DNA of 64,000 nt from Octopus sinensis (lineage: Eukaryota). A program made the translations under genes and the position numbers. Below are positions 1 through 13,087 of this stretch, one piece after another (the first letter of the stretch is position 1; the number at the start of each line of letters is the position of its first letter). Below the pieces are notes generated by a model, which had not been told where the DNA came from, ran no database searches, and saw nothing but the letters and a program-made list of their open reading frames with translations. The stretch covers positions 28,210,001 through 28,274,000 of the forward strand of contig NC_043001.1 in the NCBI RefSeq assembly GCF_006345805.1, written 5' to 3'.

Positions 1-192
1 TGTGTTTTGCCCCTTGTGGGTAATAAAGAAATAGGTATCTCGTCTGCCGTTACGTTTCTGAGTTCAAATTCCGCCGAGGTCGACTTTGCCTTTCATCCTT
101 TCGAGGCCGATAAATAAAGTACCAGTTACGCACTGGGGTCGATGTAATCGACTTAATCACTTTGTTTAGCTCCTTGTGGGCAATAAAGAAAT
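1..192 (+). mobile_element. SINE family A multimer, 3' part (cut by window edge)
   Basis: End of one unit (gccccttgtgggtaataaagaaata) joined to a further unit (ggtatctcgtctgcc...gagttcaaattcc B-box...gcctttcatcctttcg..gtaccagtt...gggcaataaagaaat); matches many copies in the window. Confidence 0.85.
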
Positions 193-554
193 ATATATAT
201 TAAGATAGACAGAGTACACACAAGAAAGCCGAAAGAGATTTTTGACAGATAGACGAACAAATGATAGCTATATAGACAGATAGATAGACAGATAGATAGG
301 TAAGTATATATGTATGTATGTATCTAGGTAGGTAGGTAGATGTTACTTCAGCAAAGATGGCTTCCGGAATTGCTGAAGCTTTGTATAAGAAGCCTGACGG
401 CATTTATCCCGCCTGTTTGCGTTCTGAGATTTGGGGTGCTTCCTCACTCCGTTTCCTGCTTTAATAGTCTTTCAGATCAGGGTTTTATGTTTTGGGCAAA
501 AACTTATCGACATGAGCAACGTTCTCTCGACCCTAAGAGGTAAATTAATACAGC

Positions 555-646
555 TAGATAGACAAACGGACAGACAGACAAACAGACAGACTGGCGATCA
601 GACAGAGTGGCGATCAGACAGACATAGATAGATAGATATATTATAT

Positions 647-690
<44 letters not shown>

Positions 691-882
691 CTGACAGGTA
701 GACAGACAGATAGACAGACAGACAGACAGATAGATAGATACATACATACATACATACACACATACATATATACATACATACATACATACATACATACACA
801 CACACATACATACATACATACATACATACATACATACATACATAAATACATGCATGCATATATACATACATACATACATACA

Positions 883-916
<34 letters not shown>

Positions 917-1077
917 CATACATACATAGATAGGCAGGCAGCTACACAGGGAGACAGACAAGCAAGAAAGCAGAGAGGGCGAGATAAAGAGAGAGAGACA
1001 GACAGAGAGATAGAGATAGCCAGACAGATAGACAGACAGATAGATATATAGATAGACAGATAGATAGACAGACAGAC

Positions 1078-1151
<74 letters not shown>

Positions 1152-1152
1152 C
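555..1152. repeat. Compound tetranucleotide microsatellite (GACA/GATA/CATA)
   Basis: Directly visible simple repeats. Confidence 0.95.
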
Positions 1153-1652
1153 AAACAGACTGGAGAAAGATGGAGAGACGGAGAGAGATAGTGGGAGGGA
1201 GAAATATATAGAAAAGGTGAGTTTGAAAGAATGTAAGTTTAATGAGAGGAGTGCGTAAGGGAGAGAGTATCATGTAAGGGGATTAGTGCAGCCTGGTAAT
1301 CTCAAGTTGTGTTCAAATTAATAGATAGTTATTAGCAAGTCGTGTTGCGCCAGAGTGAACAGTAATTTCATGCTAATTACACCGGTTATGTAGCAGCAAA
1401 TAGCCATATACCCCTATACTTCATTTTCTCTGTCTCTCCCACCTCTCTCTCTCTCTCTCTCGCTCTTGATTTCTGTCTTTCTTTCTCTCATACACACAGG
1501 CAATCTCTCTAAATCTCACACTTTCATTTTCTCTCTCTCTCTTCCAACTTCAGCTAATCACACACTGCTGACTAATGTCCTTTTTGTTTACTTTATACAA
1601 CCTCTCATATCTCTGAATTGGTGGCCGTAGGATAGAAAAATATATATGAATT

Positions 1653-1687
<35 letters not shown>

Positions 1688-1963
1688 TGACAGACTGACA
1701 GATAGAAAGTGAGAGAAGGAGTGCGAGAATGAAGAGGAGGCAGAGCAGGGGGAGAGGCAGCAACCACTGGCAAGACTGTGCAAATAGCATTCCAAGAAAA
1801 AGTGATTTAGCTAGTTACTGTCACACGCTATTATGCGAGGCTTCCGCTTCTAAAATGAATTTATATGCAGGCTCATTCACATACAAAACTACATGCATAG
1901 ATACAGATATGTTCGCAAACATACAAAGTTTAGCTAAGATACATACATACATACATACATACA

Positions 1964-1995
<32 letters not shown>

Positions 1996-3390
1996 CATTA
2001 TGAAAGCATTACAATTAACCAAAAACCAAACAACCACTAGTGGCTGCTTATCTACGTATAACCGAGATTTGGTCTATTACTTAATTCGTCTCGGAGGAAA
2101 AGAAATAAATCAAATATGACGAAATACATTATCAATTTACTAATAGGACGTCCTACCGGTCGATGGCTTATCCCTTCTGTTCTCTGTTCTCTCTGTAAAC
2201 CCACTTTTGCACCTGCTCACGAAACAATGGTTAAAGTCTTTGTCGTGTCAACCACACCAAAAACAAATGCGTCTTATCTGATTTTCCATTGATATTGGAA
2301 AGATACTCGATTAGTCTACAAGTGTATTTTGTATGATAAGGAATTTTAAAAAACTGTTTACATTCAAGTCAGAACTACAAATACTTGGACAAGATGAGAA
2401 TGTCAGGTTTAGCAAACCCATTAATAAGGAGAAGACAAGAAGTAAATACCTCAAGATTCTAAAGAAAATTCAGTCATGACAATTGCCAACCGACAATAGC
2501 ATGTCCTCAACAAAACCATTGTAATCCATTTCGTAACACGCATACTTGATCTCCTGAACTACTATCGAAATGGGTATAAGAACTCGCAAACTGTTCACTA
2601 ATCCTGGAAATTCGAAAATCTATGGGGATATAGACTGACTGTATTTTCTATACTAGGAGGTAGTGACCTCGCATGTACCTTAGTGTTTTACGCAAACTTG
2701 GTTATAACACTGAAAAAGCGATAAAAATGTCAGTAATTCACTTACCACAGTCTGACTTCGTAGCAGAAAAGAAAAGTGCTCATACAACTTTATGAAGAAA
2801 GAGTACAGAATCTACATAAGAGACGCAATCTCAGTATATATTAAAAATTAACAAACACACAAACATGTGCACATCTAATTCCCGTTTACGGACCGCTGCG
2901 ATTCATTTGACTTCTGCTGATGTTTGTTATGAGAAACGAATAAACAAAATGACTTGTGAGTAGTATTCAGTTTATGTCAAGAGTTATGTTATCTTGTTCA
3001 GACTCAATTCTAGAGCAGTGGAGAATATCACTTAACGATATACGATTGAACAGAAGTAAACTGTGGTCATTGGCAGCAAACTATATTGTCCGTGGACATA
3101 TCATGACGCTGGTGAAGGGATTCTGATTGAAAGCATCATATAGAAGGTGAAAATGAAGTTTAGGAATTTTATCTGAGTTATCATAGGTGACCCTCTGAGA
3201 ATCAAATGTATGCTGCAATAGCGACAGAGAAATATTTCCCCGTTAAAGTTGCAAATTGAAGAAAATAGAATAGTAAATACGGTTGAGAGAAATACTAAAT
3301 ATCATAGAGTGTTTAATTTCAAAGCAACAGAATATTGGATTACACTAAGTCCTATACACTTCTCTACCTATATTGCGGGCATGTTATTTA

Positions 3391-3782
3391 TCTTTATATA
3401 TAAAAGAAAGGTTGTGTGTCTGTCTACACCGATTTAGATTCCTAACTACTCCCACATTTTGCGGTGCAGTTTAACCAAAACCGGGTATCTTATAGTCGTT
3501 ATTCATATCAAGCCCTTCTGGGTATTAGCGCGCGTCTACGAGGAGTCTACGATTTAAAAAATAATTTACCATCATTTTTTCCATTTTAATGCATATTTTT
3601 TAAATATAAGGGAAGTAACTCTCTAAAAATGTCTACGATGAGTCAACGATTTAAAAAAAAATTTAGCATAATTTTTTTTCCATTTTTAATGCATTTTTTG
3701 CTATATTTTGGCTATAACTCTCTAAAAATGCTTTATAGTTATTTCCCTTACAAACCCGAGCAACGCCGGGCGATACTGCTAC
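3391..3782 (+). mobile_element. Non-autonomous Helitron-like element
   Basis: Starts A|TCtttatatataaaa; subterminal hairpin cccgagcaacgccggg (3755-3770) about 10 nt before a CTAC|T end (CTRR-like, one mismatch); no TSD; internal ~100-bp duplication (gtctacga.gagtc.acgatttaaaaaa). Confidence 0.75.
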
Positions 3783-4279
3783 TATTCTATAATATACAAA
3801 CTACATGAAATATGCAGACAGATTAATTGAGGTAGTGTGATATAAATGGCTCTCTAAGAAACAACATTTGTAATAGTTAAGTTAGTTAATCCAGGGGATG
3901 TGTCCCAGCCAACCAAATGTCCTCCTCTTAATCTGGCTTTTGATTGGCTGCTGATTCTCTTGTAACCACAAGGCTTTGTTTGTGAGTTTGTTTTGCCATC
4001 TCACTCGAAGGATCTTCCAGGGACATCTATTCGCAAGCATTTGGAGCCTGTCGATTCACCAGGTTTCATACACATGACCATCACCCTTTAATTCTCGCTA
4101 TCTTTAAACACGAGTTGTTTTATGTATACGATTTCCCTATCACAAATATTTAGTAGGAAAACTGTTTGTGCGATAAGCAAACACAAAGTATATATTTGTT
4201 TCACACCCGACAACAATAATGAGAAGAAGGGATGATGGTAATGCCATATTCGAAAGCGTTGTTGGTTAAATTTATCAAT

Positions 4280-4680
4280 GCGCAGGAGTGGTTGTGTGGT
4301 AAGTAGCTTGCTTAACAGCCACATGGTTCCGGGTTCATTCCCACTGCGTGACACCTTGCGCAAGTCTCTTCTAATATTGCCTCGGGCCGACCAAAGCCTT
4401 GTGAGCGGAATTGGTAAGCGGAAACTGAAAGAAGCCTGTCGTGTATATGTATATGTGTGTGTGTTTGTGTCTGTGTTTGTTCCCGCAACATAGCTTGACA
4501 ACCGATGCTGGTGCGTTTACGTTCCCGTAACTTGGCTGTTTGGCAAAAGAGACCGATAGAATAAGTACTAGGGTTACAAAGTATAAGTCCTGGGGTCGAT
4601 TTGCTTGACTAAAGGCGGTGCTCCAGCATGGCCGCAGTCAAATGACTGAAACAAGTAAAAGAATGAAAGAATAAAAGAAT
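4280..4680 (+). mobile_element. SINE family B (tRNA head, CORE-like segment, internal TA/TG tract, GTAAAAGA-type tail)
   Basis: A-box tggttgtgtggtaag, B-box gggttcattccc, ccttgcgcaagt, 3' tgactgaaacaagtaaaaga repeats; more than 10 homologues in window. Confidence 0.9.
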
Positions 4681-5783
4681 GGTAAAACAGATTCATATTT
4701 GTAGCTTCCTTCTATTGTGCAGTTTCATTATTGTTTTCAACTGAATTTGCGAATCTGAAATATCGAATATTTTCATTAAACAGTTGCATTTAGACAACAC
4801 CAGAACTTCATTGAGAAGATTTTGTTGGTTGACTCGACACTATATTATTGGTTTAAATTACTTATCTGAAAATAGAAAACAGGAATTTGTCTCGCCAGAA
4901 ATTTGAAATCAAAATGTAGATCGTTTAAAATGATATCACAATGTATGTAGTTCTATACGTCCAGTCTTTATCGATTTTTAGTTGTTTTTGGTTTTTAAAG
5001 TTATTGTTGTATTGATTTATTATAAACACAAATAGCATTAGACGTTAAGGATTTTGTGATGTTCATTCCTTTCTTATGGACATTAAATGTTGCGCTTAAA
5101 ATAGCGTGTGTATTTGGGACAGAAAGATATTCAGCCTGAAATTTTTATCTCTAGGAATTAGATAAGGAGGTTATTAATCTTATGAATGCAAGGGAAATAT
5201 TGACAGTGAGATAAACGTTGACAGTGAAGATAAACGGATGCAGTGGAATAATTGTTGATATAGTGATAAATGTTAGGGAAGATGCATAAGTGTTTCAAAG
5301 GCCGATATTGACTAAAAAACAGGAAGCTATGGAGTCCTGGATATTATTTGTATTAAAAATAAAAATGATGGTAAATGATGAAAATAAAGAATGAAATTCC
5401 GAACAGTATTTCTATGGAAAATATCAGTTAGACTATCCAGCATGCCGACAACATAAATTTAATGCAGTTTGGTTAGCATGTAGATGAATATACGTTATAA
5501 GCTGTCAGTAAATCAAGATGATAAAAACTGATAAAGGTTCCAGATTCAAGCGTTATCTACAAGACAAATCTAATGATTAATTATGGCCTTTTGATAAAAC
5601 TGATATCAAACGTGGCATTGATTAAGAGTAAAATATATTTGATATCTATAAATTTATCTTTCAGTAACAATGACAACTCACGCATCTATTTAAGAGCCAA
5701 GTGTTCGGTTTAAAATATTCATTGTACACATGAGTAGGGAGCACTTATGATTTGTTAATACAACTGCCTCTTCTGACTATGAC

Positions 5784-5862
<79 letters not shown>

Positions 5863-7271
5863 CCTATCTTTCTATGCCTTGTCGTTCTCTTTTCTATTCT
5901 CAACGATCACTATTCATATAGACACATTAATATGCATGTATTTATGTGTGTGAGTGAATGCATTTCTCTATGTGTGTAAGAATGAACCTAGAGATCAATT
6001 TGTCTTCCTCTCACAATGGAATATAATTAGAGTGGGATCGAATAATCCACAGATGGGTTAGATTTCCAATGGCCTAAGAAAGCGATCCAATATTGACTTC
6101 CGGTTGGAAGATGTTGTCAGGAGGTCGGTTTCTCACAACTTACTCTTCCATCGCCACACAAAGGGTCAAAATCTTCCTACCTCAAAGATTGAAGATTATC
6201 AGCAAATTTCTTCAGATGGAATTTTGGGGGTCGTCACATGCAACATGTAGATTAACACTTCGGTATTACTTTTACGTGCATGCACATGTATGCGTAACCA
6301 TACACTTACACACACATATGCTTAGATAGAATATCAAAACTTCTGCTCTTTAGATGACATTTTAAGGAGAAACTTTATTAAGAAACAATAAGGGGCTCAG
6401 AGATAAGGTTTTAATTTGTAAGTGATGATCTATTGCCTAGTCAGAGTTCAATATGATATTACTGTCATTTGGCTGATGAAACTTGGTTTCAGGATGACAC
6501 TCTGGTATGATTTCTTATTTCAAAGAGATGAAAGCAGCAAATTGACAAACATCGTGCAACTCCAGCTAAATGTGACATTTTTTTTCTATTAATTTTTATA
6601 AGATATTTAAAGGATGACAAGAATTTACCTTTTGACTAACAATATGAAATTACTAGCTATCGGACAGTATTACCAAGCGCAGTATTTCATAAAAGATATT
6701 TAAAAGCACAAGTCTTAGTGATACATTCTTCTTTTAATTTCGTGCTTACATCGCACATAAGGTTTCCCTCCTCTATCTCTTCCTCTCTTTCTCCTTCTGT
6801 CTTTCCTTTTCTCTCTCTCATTCTCTTCTCTTCTTTCCGCTTTCACAATCTCGCCTTTCTCTCTTTCTCTCTCTCTTTCTCCCTGATGCCATGTCAATGA
6901 TTGCAGTTTGCACCTGTTTCTACTTTCTCTATCCATCTGCCTGTCACACTTTTTTAACTGTTATTCCCCAGATGTGCTTGGTCCTTGTGCGTTTCATCCT
7001 TCCTTTAGGGGTCTATGTAACAACTGATGTAATAGGCACCCCAGACTCACTCTCGGCTTTTTCACGCAAGTGGATCATCTTTACTTCTCTTTCCAGGTTA
7101 AGAACCACTGCTTTTCCAAAGTGTTGTGGATTCTTTTGAGTGTTTGAAGTTACTGTAAACAAATTTTTTTTTTTTAGAATCACACGATTATCCAATGCCA
7201 AATCTTCAAGACCTCAAAGATTGGGGTTGGTTTTCTGCGTTTTGTTTTTACTTTGCTTAGACAATCGTAGT

Positions 7272-7529
7272 GTAGTCGCGCGGCTTAGTGGTTAGGGTGT
7301 CAGCATTATGATCGTAAGATTATGGTTTCGATTCCTGGACCGAGCGACGCGTTGTGTTCTTGAGCAAAACACTTCCTTTCACGTTGCTCCAGTCCACTCA
7401 GCTGGCAAAAATGAGTAGAGCTGCGATGGACTGGTGTCCCGTCCAGCTGGGGAAAACATACGCCATTGAAACCGGGAAACCGGGTCTATGAATCTGGCTA
7501 GGCTTTAAAAGGGCGCATTTATTTATTTA
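7272..7529 (+). mobile_element. SINE family D (tRNA head, (ATTT)n tail)
   Basis: ggcttagtggttagggtg..ggtttcgattcctgg head; TSD tagacaatc(g/a)tagt at 7258-7271 and 7530-7543; homologue at 18078-18340. Confidence 0.9.
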
Positions 7530-7720
7530 TAGACAATCATAGTACAGCGTACGCTCACGATTTGAAGATTAATTTCTTTCTCCTAGTGCGTTTTATGGAT
7601 CTCCAATACAAGTAGCCAAGTGTTTGCATTCTAAGAGGATGCCGAGAACTAGTCTTGATAACGCGCCGGTAGCTTGCAGCAGTGTTGCGTTTGTCACGAG
7701 CAAGATAGTCCCCGCCTTGT

Positions 7721-7946
7721 CGGTGAGCTGGCAGAAACGTTTGCACGCCAGGCGAAATGCTTAGCAGTATTTTGTCTGCCGCTACGTTCTGAGTTCAAAT
7801 TACGCCGAGGTCGGATTTGCCTTTCATCCTTTCGGGGTCGATTAAATAAGTACCAGTTATGCACTGGGGTCGATACAATCGACTTAATCCGTTTGTCTGT
7901 CCTTGTTTGTCCTCTCTGTTTGTCCTTGTGGGTAGTAAAGAAATAG
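7721..7946 (+). mobile_element. SINE family A monomer
   Basis: ggtgagctggcagaaacg head, B-box gagttcaaatt, central gcctttcatcctttcggggtcgat..aagtacc (resembles the Meta/MESC SINE domain, from memory); TSD tagtcccc(g/a)cctt. Confidence 0.9.
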
Positions 7947-8401
7947 GTAGTCCCCACCTTGCTCCATGTCCCACATTAATGTAGCGTGCTAGTGCGACAG
8001 GAGAGTGCTCTTCTTCCGTGTTTTGCACTGAACGCTCTAAGCCGGGAGCTCTTAGCAGCACTTTGGTGAGACATTGAGGTGTTAATAACTTCAGTGCTGC
8101 GGTGGCACTTTTCATATACGAAAAAAACAAAAAACAAATGAAAGGATTTTTCCACTAGTGGAAGCAGGACACACGAAAAACAAGTAAACCTACGTTTACG
8201 ACGCCAGCTTTATCAGTAAGAATACAAACTGTATAAAGAAGTTACAGATTCAAAACGGTTAATATTATATGCGTTGAAACGTATACCAACAAGTCTTCCA
8301 CGCGGCAGTCATCAGATTTTTATGTTAGGTTGGCTCTTTGCTACGTAGTATATGTTATCCTGTGTACATTTTTTTATGTACCCATGCCGTAGTCACATCA
8401 C

Positions 8402-8456
<55 letters not shown>

Positions 8457-8546
8457 AATATAATCAAAAGGGTAATAATATAGATTACTACCAGTGGCCC
8501 AGCACAAAGGACGAATTAGTCATTAGACAAAATATTTTTCATATAG

Positions 8547-8769
8547 AAATATAATTAAGGGCTCCTAAATAAGGATGCCAAGTGCTAGGGACACAAAAAG
8601 GGATACATTTATCGAGAGTAAAATCAAAAACATTTACCAATAACGATACATCCCGGACTGATCAGTTTCTACCTCTTTCTAGCAAAACAGACAGAATATG
8701 CTTGCTAATTTATCCCTTTTTGTGTCCCTAGCACTTGGCATCCTTATTTAGGAGCCCTTAATTATATTT
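8547..8769. repeat. Fold-back element: perfect 59-bp inverted repeats around a 105-bp spacer, between TA tracts
   Basis: 8547-8605 is the exact reverse complement of 8711-8769. Confidence 0.9.
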
Positions 8770-8788
8770 ATATATATATATATATATT

Positions 8789-9123
8789 GACTCGACTTGA
8801 CCCCCTTCGGTCATGAATGACCATGGGATTGCACCTAGAAAGTTACCCTCCTAGACACAAGTCTGGGCAAGGTTGTTTATGGAAGACCAGCAGTCGCCCA
8901 TGCATACCAGCCTCCCCTTTCCACGCCACCCGTGTTATCCAAGGGAAAGACAAAGGTCGATACAGCTTGGCACCAGTGACGTCGCAACTCATTTCTACAG
9001 CTGAGTGAACTGGAGCAACGTGAAATAAAGTGCCTTGCTCAAGAACACAACACGCAGCCCGGTCCGGGATTCGAGCTCACAACCTCACGATCGTAAGCTC
9101 GACGCTCTAACCACTGAGCCATG
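8789..9123 (-). mobile_element. SINE family E (head/core shared with family D, different 3' tail, possibly RTE-type)
   Basis: Minus strand catggctcagtggttagagcg..gagctcgaatcccgg, gtgttcttgagcaaggcactt, tail gcaatcccatggtcattcatgaccgaagggggtc; a second 3' fragment at ~19145-19325 (+). Confidence 0.85.
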
Positions 9124-9132
9124 TCTTACAAA

Positions 9133-9363
9133 CGGTTAGCTGGCAGAAACGTTAGCATGCCGGGCGAAATGCTTAGCGGTATTTCGTCTGCCGCTACGTT
9201 CTGAGTTCAAATTCCGCCGAGGTCGACTTTGCCTTTCATCCTTTCGGGGTTGATAAATTAAGTACCAGTTACGCACTGGGGTCGATGTAATCGACTTAAT
9301 TCCTTTGTCTGTCCTTGTTTGTCCCCTCTCTGTTTAGCCCCTTGTGGGCAATAAAGAAATAAG
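9133..9363 (+). mobile_element. SINE family A monomer, head-to-head with the family E copy
   Basis: Full consensus; TSD atgtcttacaaa at 9121-9132 and 9364-9375. Confidence 0.9.
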
Positions 9364-9811
9364 ATGTCTTACAAACTATCTTATTTTCAAAGATATGACA
9401 AAGAAATGTAACATACTAAATAGATATCTGAGGTTCATGAATTACATATTTATTCATACAGCGAGTCCAGAGCAAATCAGTTTCGCAATATCCGGCTATC
9501 GGAACAATCATTAGGTAGTGTCTCCACTGTTTGTAGCAAAAAGTTTTACCGTTTTCTATGCCTACTTACAACTGAAAAAAATAATAATAGCTAAGACATT
9601 TGAGAATCAAGTATCTTGACAAATGGATACAGGATATCACTAGGAATGCAATTCGAAATGTCAAAACTTTGGATGATATACCACATTTCACAGACTTGGC
9701 CAGCTGTAGTTCTCTAAGTTACTTATGATTAGACTTGCTGGTAATGGATTTCACATCGTCAATGGTTGAATCAATATGAGAATAAGAATCTTTGCAATTT
9801 GATAATATCAG

Positions 9812-10036
9812 ATTTTGGCACAATGCCAGTAATTTTGGAGACAGGCGTAGAGGTTAGTCAATTACATCGACCCTAGTGCTTAACTGGTACTTATTTTATC
9901 TAGTACTCATTTTATCGACCCTGTGGGATGAAAGGCAAAGTCGTCCTCGGCGGAGTTTGGACTCCGAACTTAAAGACGGACGAAATGCCGATAAGCATTT
10001 GGTCCGACGTGCTAACGATTCTGCCAGCTGGCTGCC
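9812..10036 (-). mobile_element. SINE family A, older subfamily A2 (alternative tail ..ggccttgtgccaaaa)
   Basis: Reverse-complement match to A head and central domain; other degraded A2 copies at ~24520-24705, 25708-25910, 42268-42480, 54513-54715. Confidence 0.75.
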
Positions 10037-10763
10037 GTTATTAACAATATAATAAAATCTGTTTTAATAAATGAATCAAATAGAAAATATTATATATCTT
10101 CGAAAATTGAGACTAATAAATCTATTCTAAAGCAGCAGAAAAAAATTTTGAATTTAGTTCACTGTAAAAAAAAAAAAAAAATCATCGCTCGGCTCAAATA
10201 TGTTTTTGCTGAATCGAATGTGAAAGCTTTTTAGAATTTAATTTTATTTTATTTAAATAAAACTCTTTAAATGCCGACGTCGTGTGTTGGAGCAACTAAT
10301 AATGCGAGAATAGAATTTAGCAGTTAATTTCTTCAATATGATATGCAGGTTGAGTTCGAAATGAAATTATAATTAATTTGTTCGAGGCGATTCTATATTA
10401 AGCAATTGGAAGCAAATATTCATTACATTTACAATTAGTCATTATATAATGATAGAATAACAACAGAAATCTGTTGAGAAACATTGAAAGAAGCTTATGA
10501 ATTATCAGAACTATAACTATAAACAAATGTATACAGCCCCTCGAGATGCAAGCTTTACACACACACAAACACGTACACTCATACACACACACACACGCAT
10601 ACACACATACACACACACAAGCACATACAAACATACACATTTACAACACACACATACAAATACGCATGCGCGTGCGTTTATATATGTGTGTATCTGTATG
10701 TCTGCATACATATGTGTGTATCTCTTTCTTTCTTTCTTTCTTTCTCTCTCTCTCTCTCTCTTT

Positions 10764-10804
<41 letters not shown>

Positions 10805-11071
10805 GTGTGTGTGTGTGTGTATCAAAATAGGCAACAAGGATATCCAGAGGTAATGCAGTACAATCGTTTCATGCAACTCCATTTAATAGAACAATGCAAT
10901 CGTTAGATCAATTTAAAATGCAGAGCAATCCTTAGCTGCACAAAGACATAGAATTTAATTATTTTGAAATTGTATGGATTATACCGTACAAAATTCTGGT
11001 GCCTCAACTTAAGTACCATATTCATCTGAATCTAAATTTTTGCTGAACTCCTCTACCATACTCAACGTATA

Positions 11072-11420
11072 CTCTTTTACTTGTTTCAGTCATTTGACTG
11101 CAGCCATGCTAGAGCACCGCCTTTAGTCGGCAAATCGAACCCGGGACTTATTCTTTGTAAGCCTAGTACTTATTCCCTCAGTCTCTTCTGCCGATTGGCT
11201 AAGTTACGGGGACGTAAAGACACCATCATCGACTGTCAAGCGATGTTGGCGGGACAAACACAGACATACAAACATATACACATACATACATATACATATA
11301 TACGACTAGCTTCTTTCAGTTTCCGTCTACCAAATCCACTCACAAGGCTTAGGTTGGCCTGAGGCTACAGTAGAAGAAACTTGTCTAAGGTGCCACGCAG
11401 TGGGACTGAACCCAGAACCA
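11072..11420 (-). mobile_element. SINE family B, 5'-truncated, part of a local inverted duplication (11023-11607)
   Basis: Reverse-complement match to family B; mirrored partial copy at 11424-11607. Confidence 0.9.
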
Positions 11421-11909
11421 ACGTAGCCTCAGGCCGACCTAAGCCTTGTGAGTGGATTTGGTAGACGGAAACTGAAAGAAGCTCGTCGTATATATGTATA
11501 TGTATGTATGTGTATATGTTTGTATGTCTGTGTTTGTCCCGCCAAACAAGTAAAAGAGTATACGTTGAGTATGGTAGAGGAGTTCAGCAAAAATTTAGAT
11601 TCAGATGTAAGACATTTGTATAATCTTTTATTTGGGAAGGAATTAATAATAAACATGATGATATGTAAAAGTCTGTCTATAAGAAGAAGTCTACCTACAA
11701 GTGCGGCATTACAGCACACTCTGACTCTGTGAAGCTACAGATCAGTCTTACCTTTAAACCGAAACCAAGTCTTTTATAAGATCTGCATCCGGGTCCCCAA
11801 GTAAGAAATCATTCTCAAAGTGAAATGCTAAATGCAATCAGCCTTGGGTAGGTGGGATTCTGTTATTTGCACTTCCTTTGACTTCTAGCAGGATACTTTA
11901 TAGGCAGAG

Positions 11910-12270
11910 TTGTGCGTTTTAAGAAGCTTGCTTTGCATGCACCTGGCTCGGTGCACCTTGGGCAAGTATCTTCTGCTATAGCTCCAGGCCGATGAATGCC
12001 TCGTGATTGAATTTGGTAGACGAAAACTGTGTGGATGTCCCTCGTATATATGTGTATATACACGTAAGCATTCGTGCGTGCGTTTTTATTTCTGTTTTTC
12101 CTGGACTGTTGGACAACATGTGTTGGTTGGTTTACGATCCCGTAACTTACTAATGGAATAAGTACTTGCCTACAGCAAAATAAACACCTGGGTCGATTTG
12201 GTCGACTAATCCCTTCAAGGCATAACCCAAGCATGGCCACAGTCCAGTGATTGAAGCACGTAATAGGAAA
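11910..12270 (+). mobile_element. Degraded SINE family B
   Basis: ccttgggcaagtatcttctgctatagc, ttggtagacgaaaactg, gcatggccacagtccagtgattgaa; further partial or degraded copies at ~12990-13465, 18834-19100, 34400-34562 (-), 50090-50220 (-), 59150-59300, 60358-60508 (-). Confidence 0.75.
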
Positions 12271-12357
12271 TATAAATAAACGGCAAATCAATAGATCTTT
12301 CCTGCCAAGTTTACCTGTCATAAACAATTTTAGTTATAGGTTTAGTTTGAAAACATT

Positions 12358-12740
12358 GGAGGCGCAATGGCCCAGTGGTTAGGGCAGCGGACTCGCGGTC
12401 GTAGGATCGCGGTTTCGATTCCCAGACCGGGCGTTGTGAGTGTTTATTGAGCGAAAACACCTAAAGCTCCACAAGGCTCCGGCAGGGGATGGTGGTGATT
12501 CCTGCTGTACTCTTTCACCACAACTTTCTCACACTCTTACTTCCTGTTTCTGTTGTACCTGTATTTCAAAGGGCCGGCCTTGTCACTCTCTGTGTCACGC
12601 TGAATATCCCCGAAAACTGCGTTAAGGGTACACGTGTCTGTGGAGTGCTCAGCCACTTACACGTTAATTTCACGAGCAGGCTGTTCCGTTGATTCGGATC
12701 AACCGGAACCCTCGTCGTCGTAACCGACGGAGTGCTTCCA
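12358..12740 (+). mobile_element. SINE family C (tRNA-Arg-like head), full length
   Basis: ggaggcgcaatggcccagtggttagggcagcggactcgcggtc..ggtttcgattccc; TSD tagtttgaaaaca at 12343-12355 and 12741-12753. Confidence 0.92.
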
Positions 12741-13056
12741 TAGTTTGAAAACAAACAACTGTGAGGTTTCTGCCTGTTCTGTCATTTACTGCGCCTAGGT
12801 AAGTAAGGTTATTTATAATATTATTTCAATAGTTTAGTACGATATAATGGGTAATGTGCTCGTCTGGAAAGCGATAGATATGTGGCCTAGATTCTAGATT
12901 CTATCATTGTGTTTCTTATCATTTATGATGGCATTTGTTGAGGCCTCGGCCAAAGACTATTGGCTAGGCACAGGTGTGGTTCGAACTGACCAAAACCTCG
13001 AACTGATCAAAGCCTTGTGAGTGGATTTCGTTTACGGAAACTGAAAGAAGCCCGTC

Positions 13057-13087
<31 letters not shown>

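Noticed and set aside
504-1273. YVCM/IYLS-repeat ORFs here and across the window
   Set aside because: Translations of tetranucleotide microsatellites
4088-4501. Recurrent peptide ASFSFRLPNPLTRLWSARG in several ORFs
   Set aside because: Antisense translation of SINE family B, not a gene family
6030-6245. Possible decayed Tc1/mariner transposase remnant
   Set aside because: Resemblance too faint, no intact motif or TIR
12358-12430. Functional tRNA-Arg gene (also other tRNA-like heads)
   Set aside because: No acceptor-stem pairing or terminator; continues into SINE body flanked by TSDs
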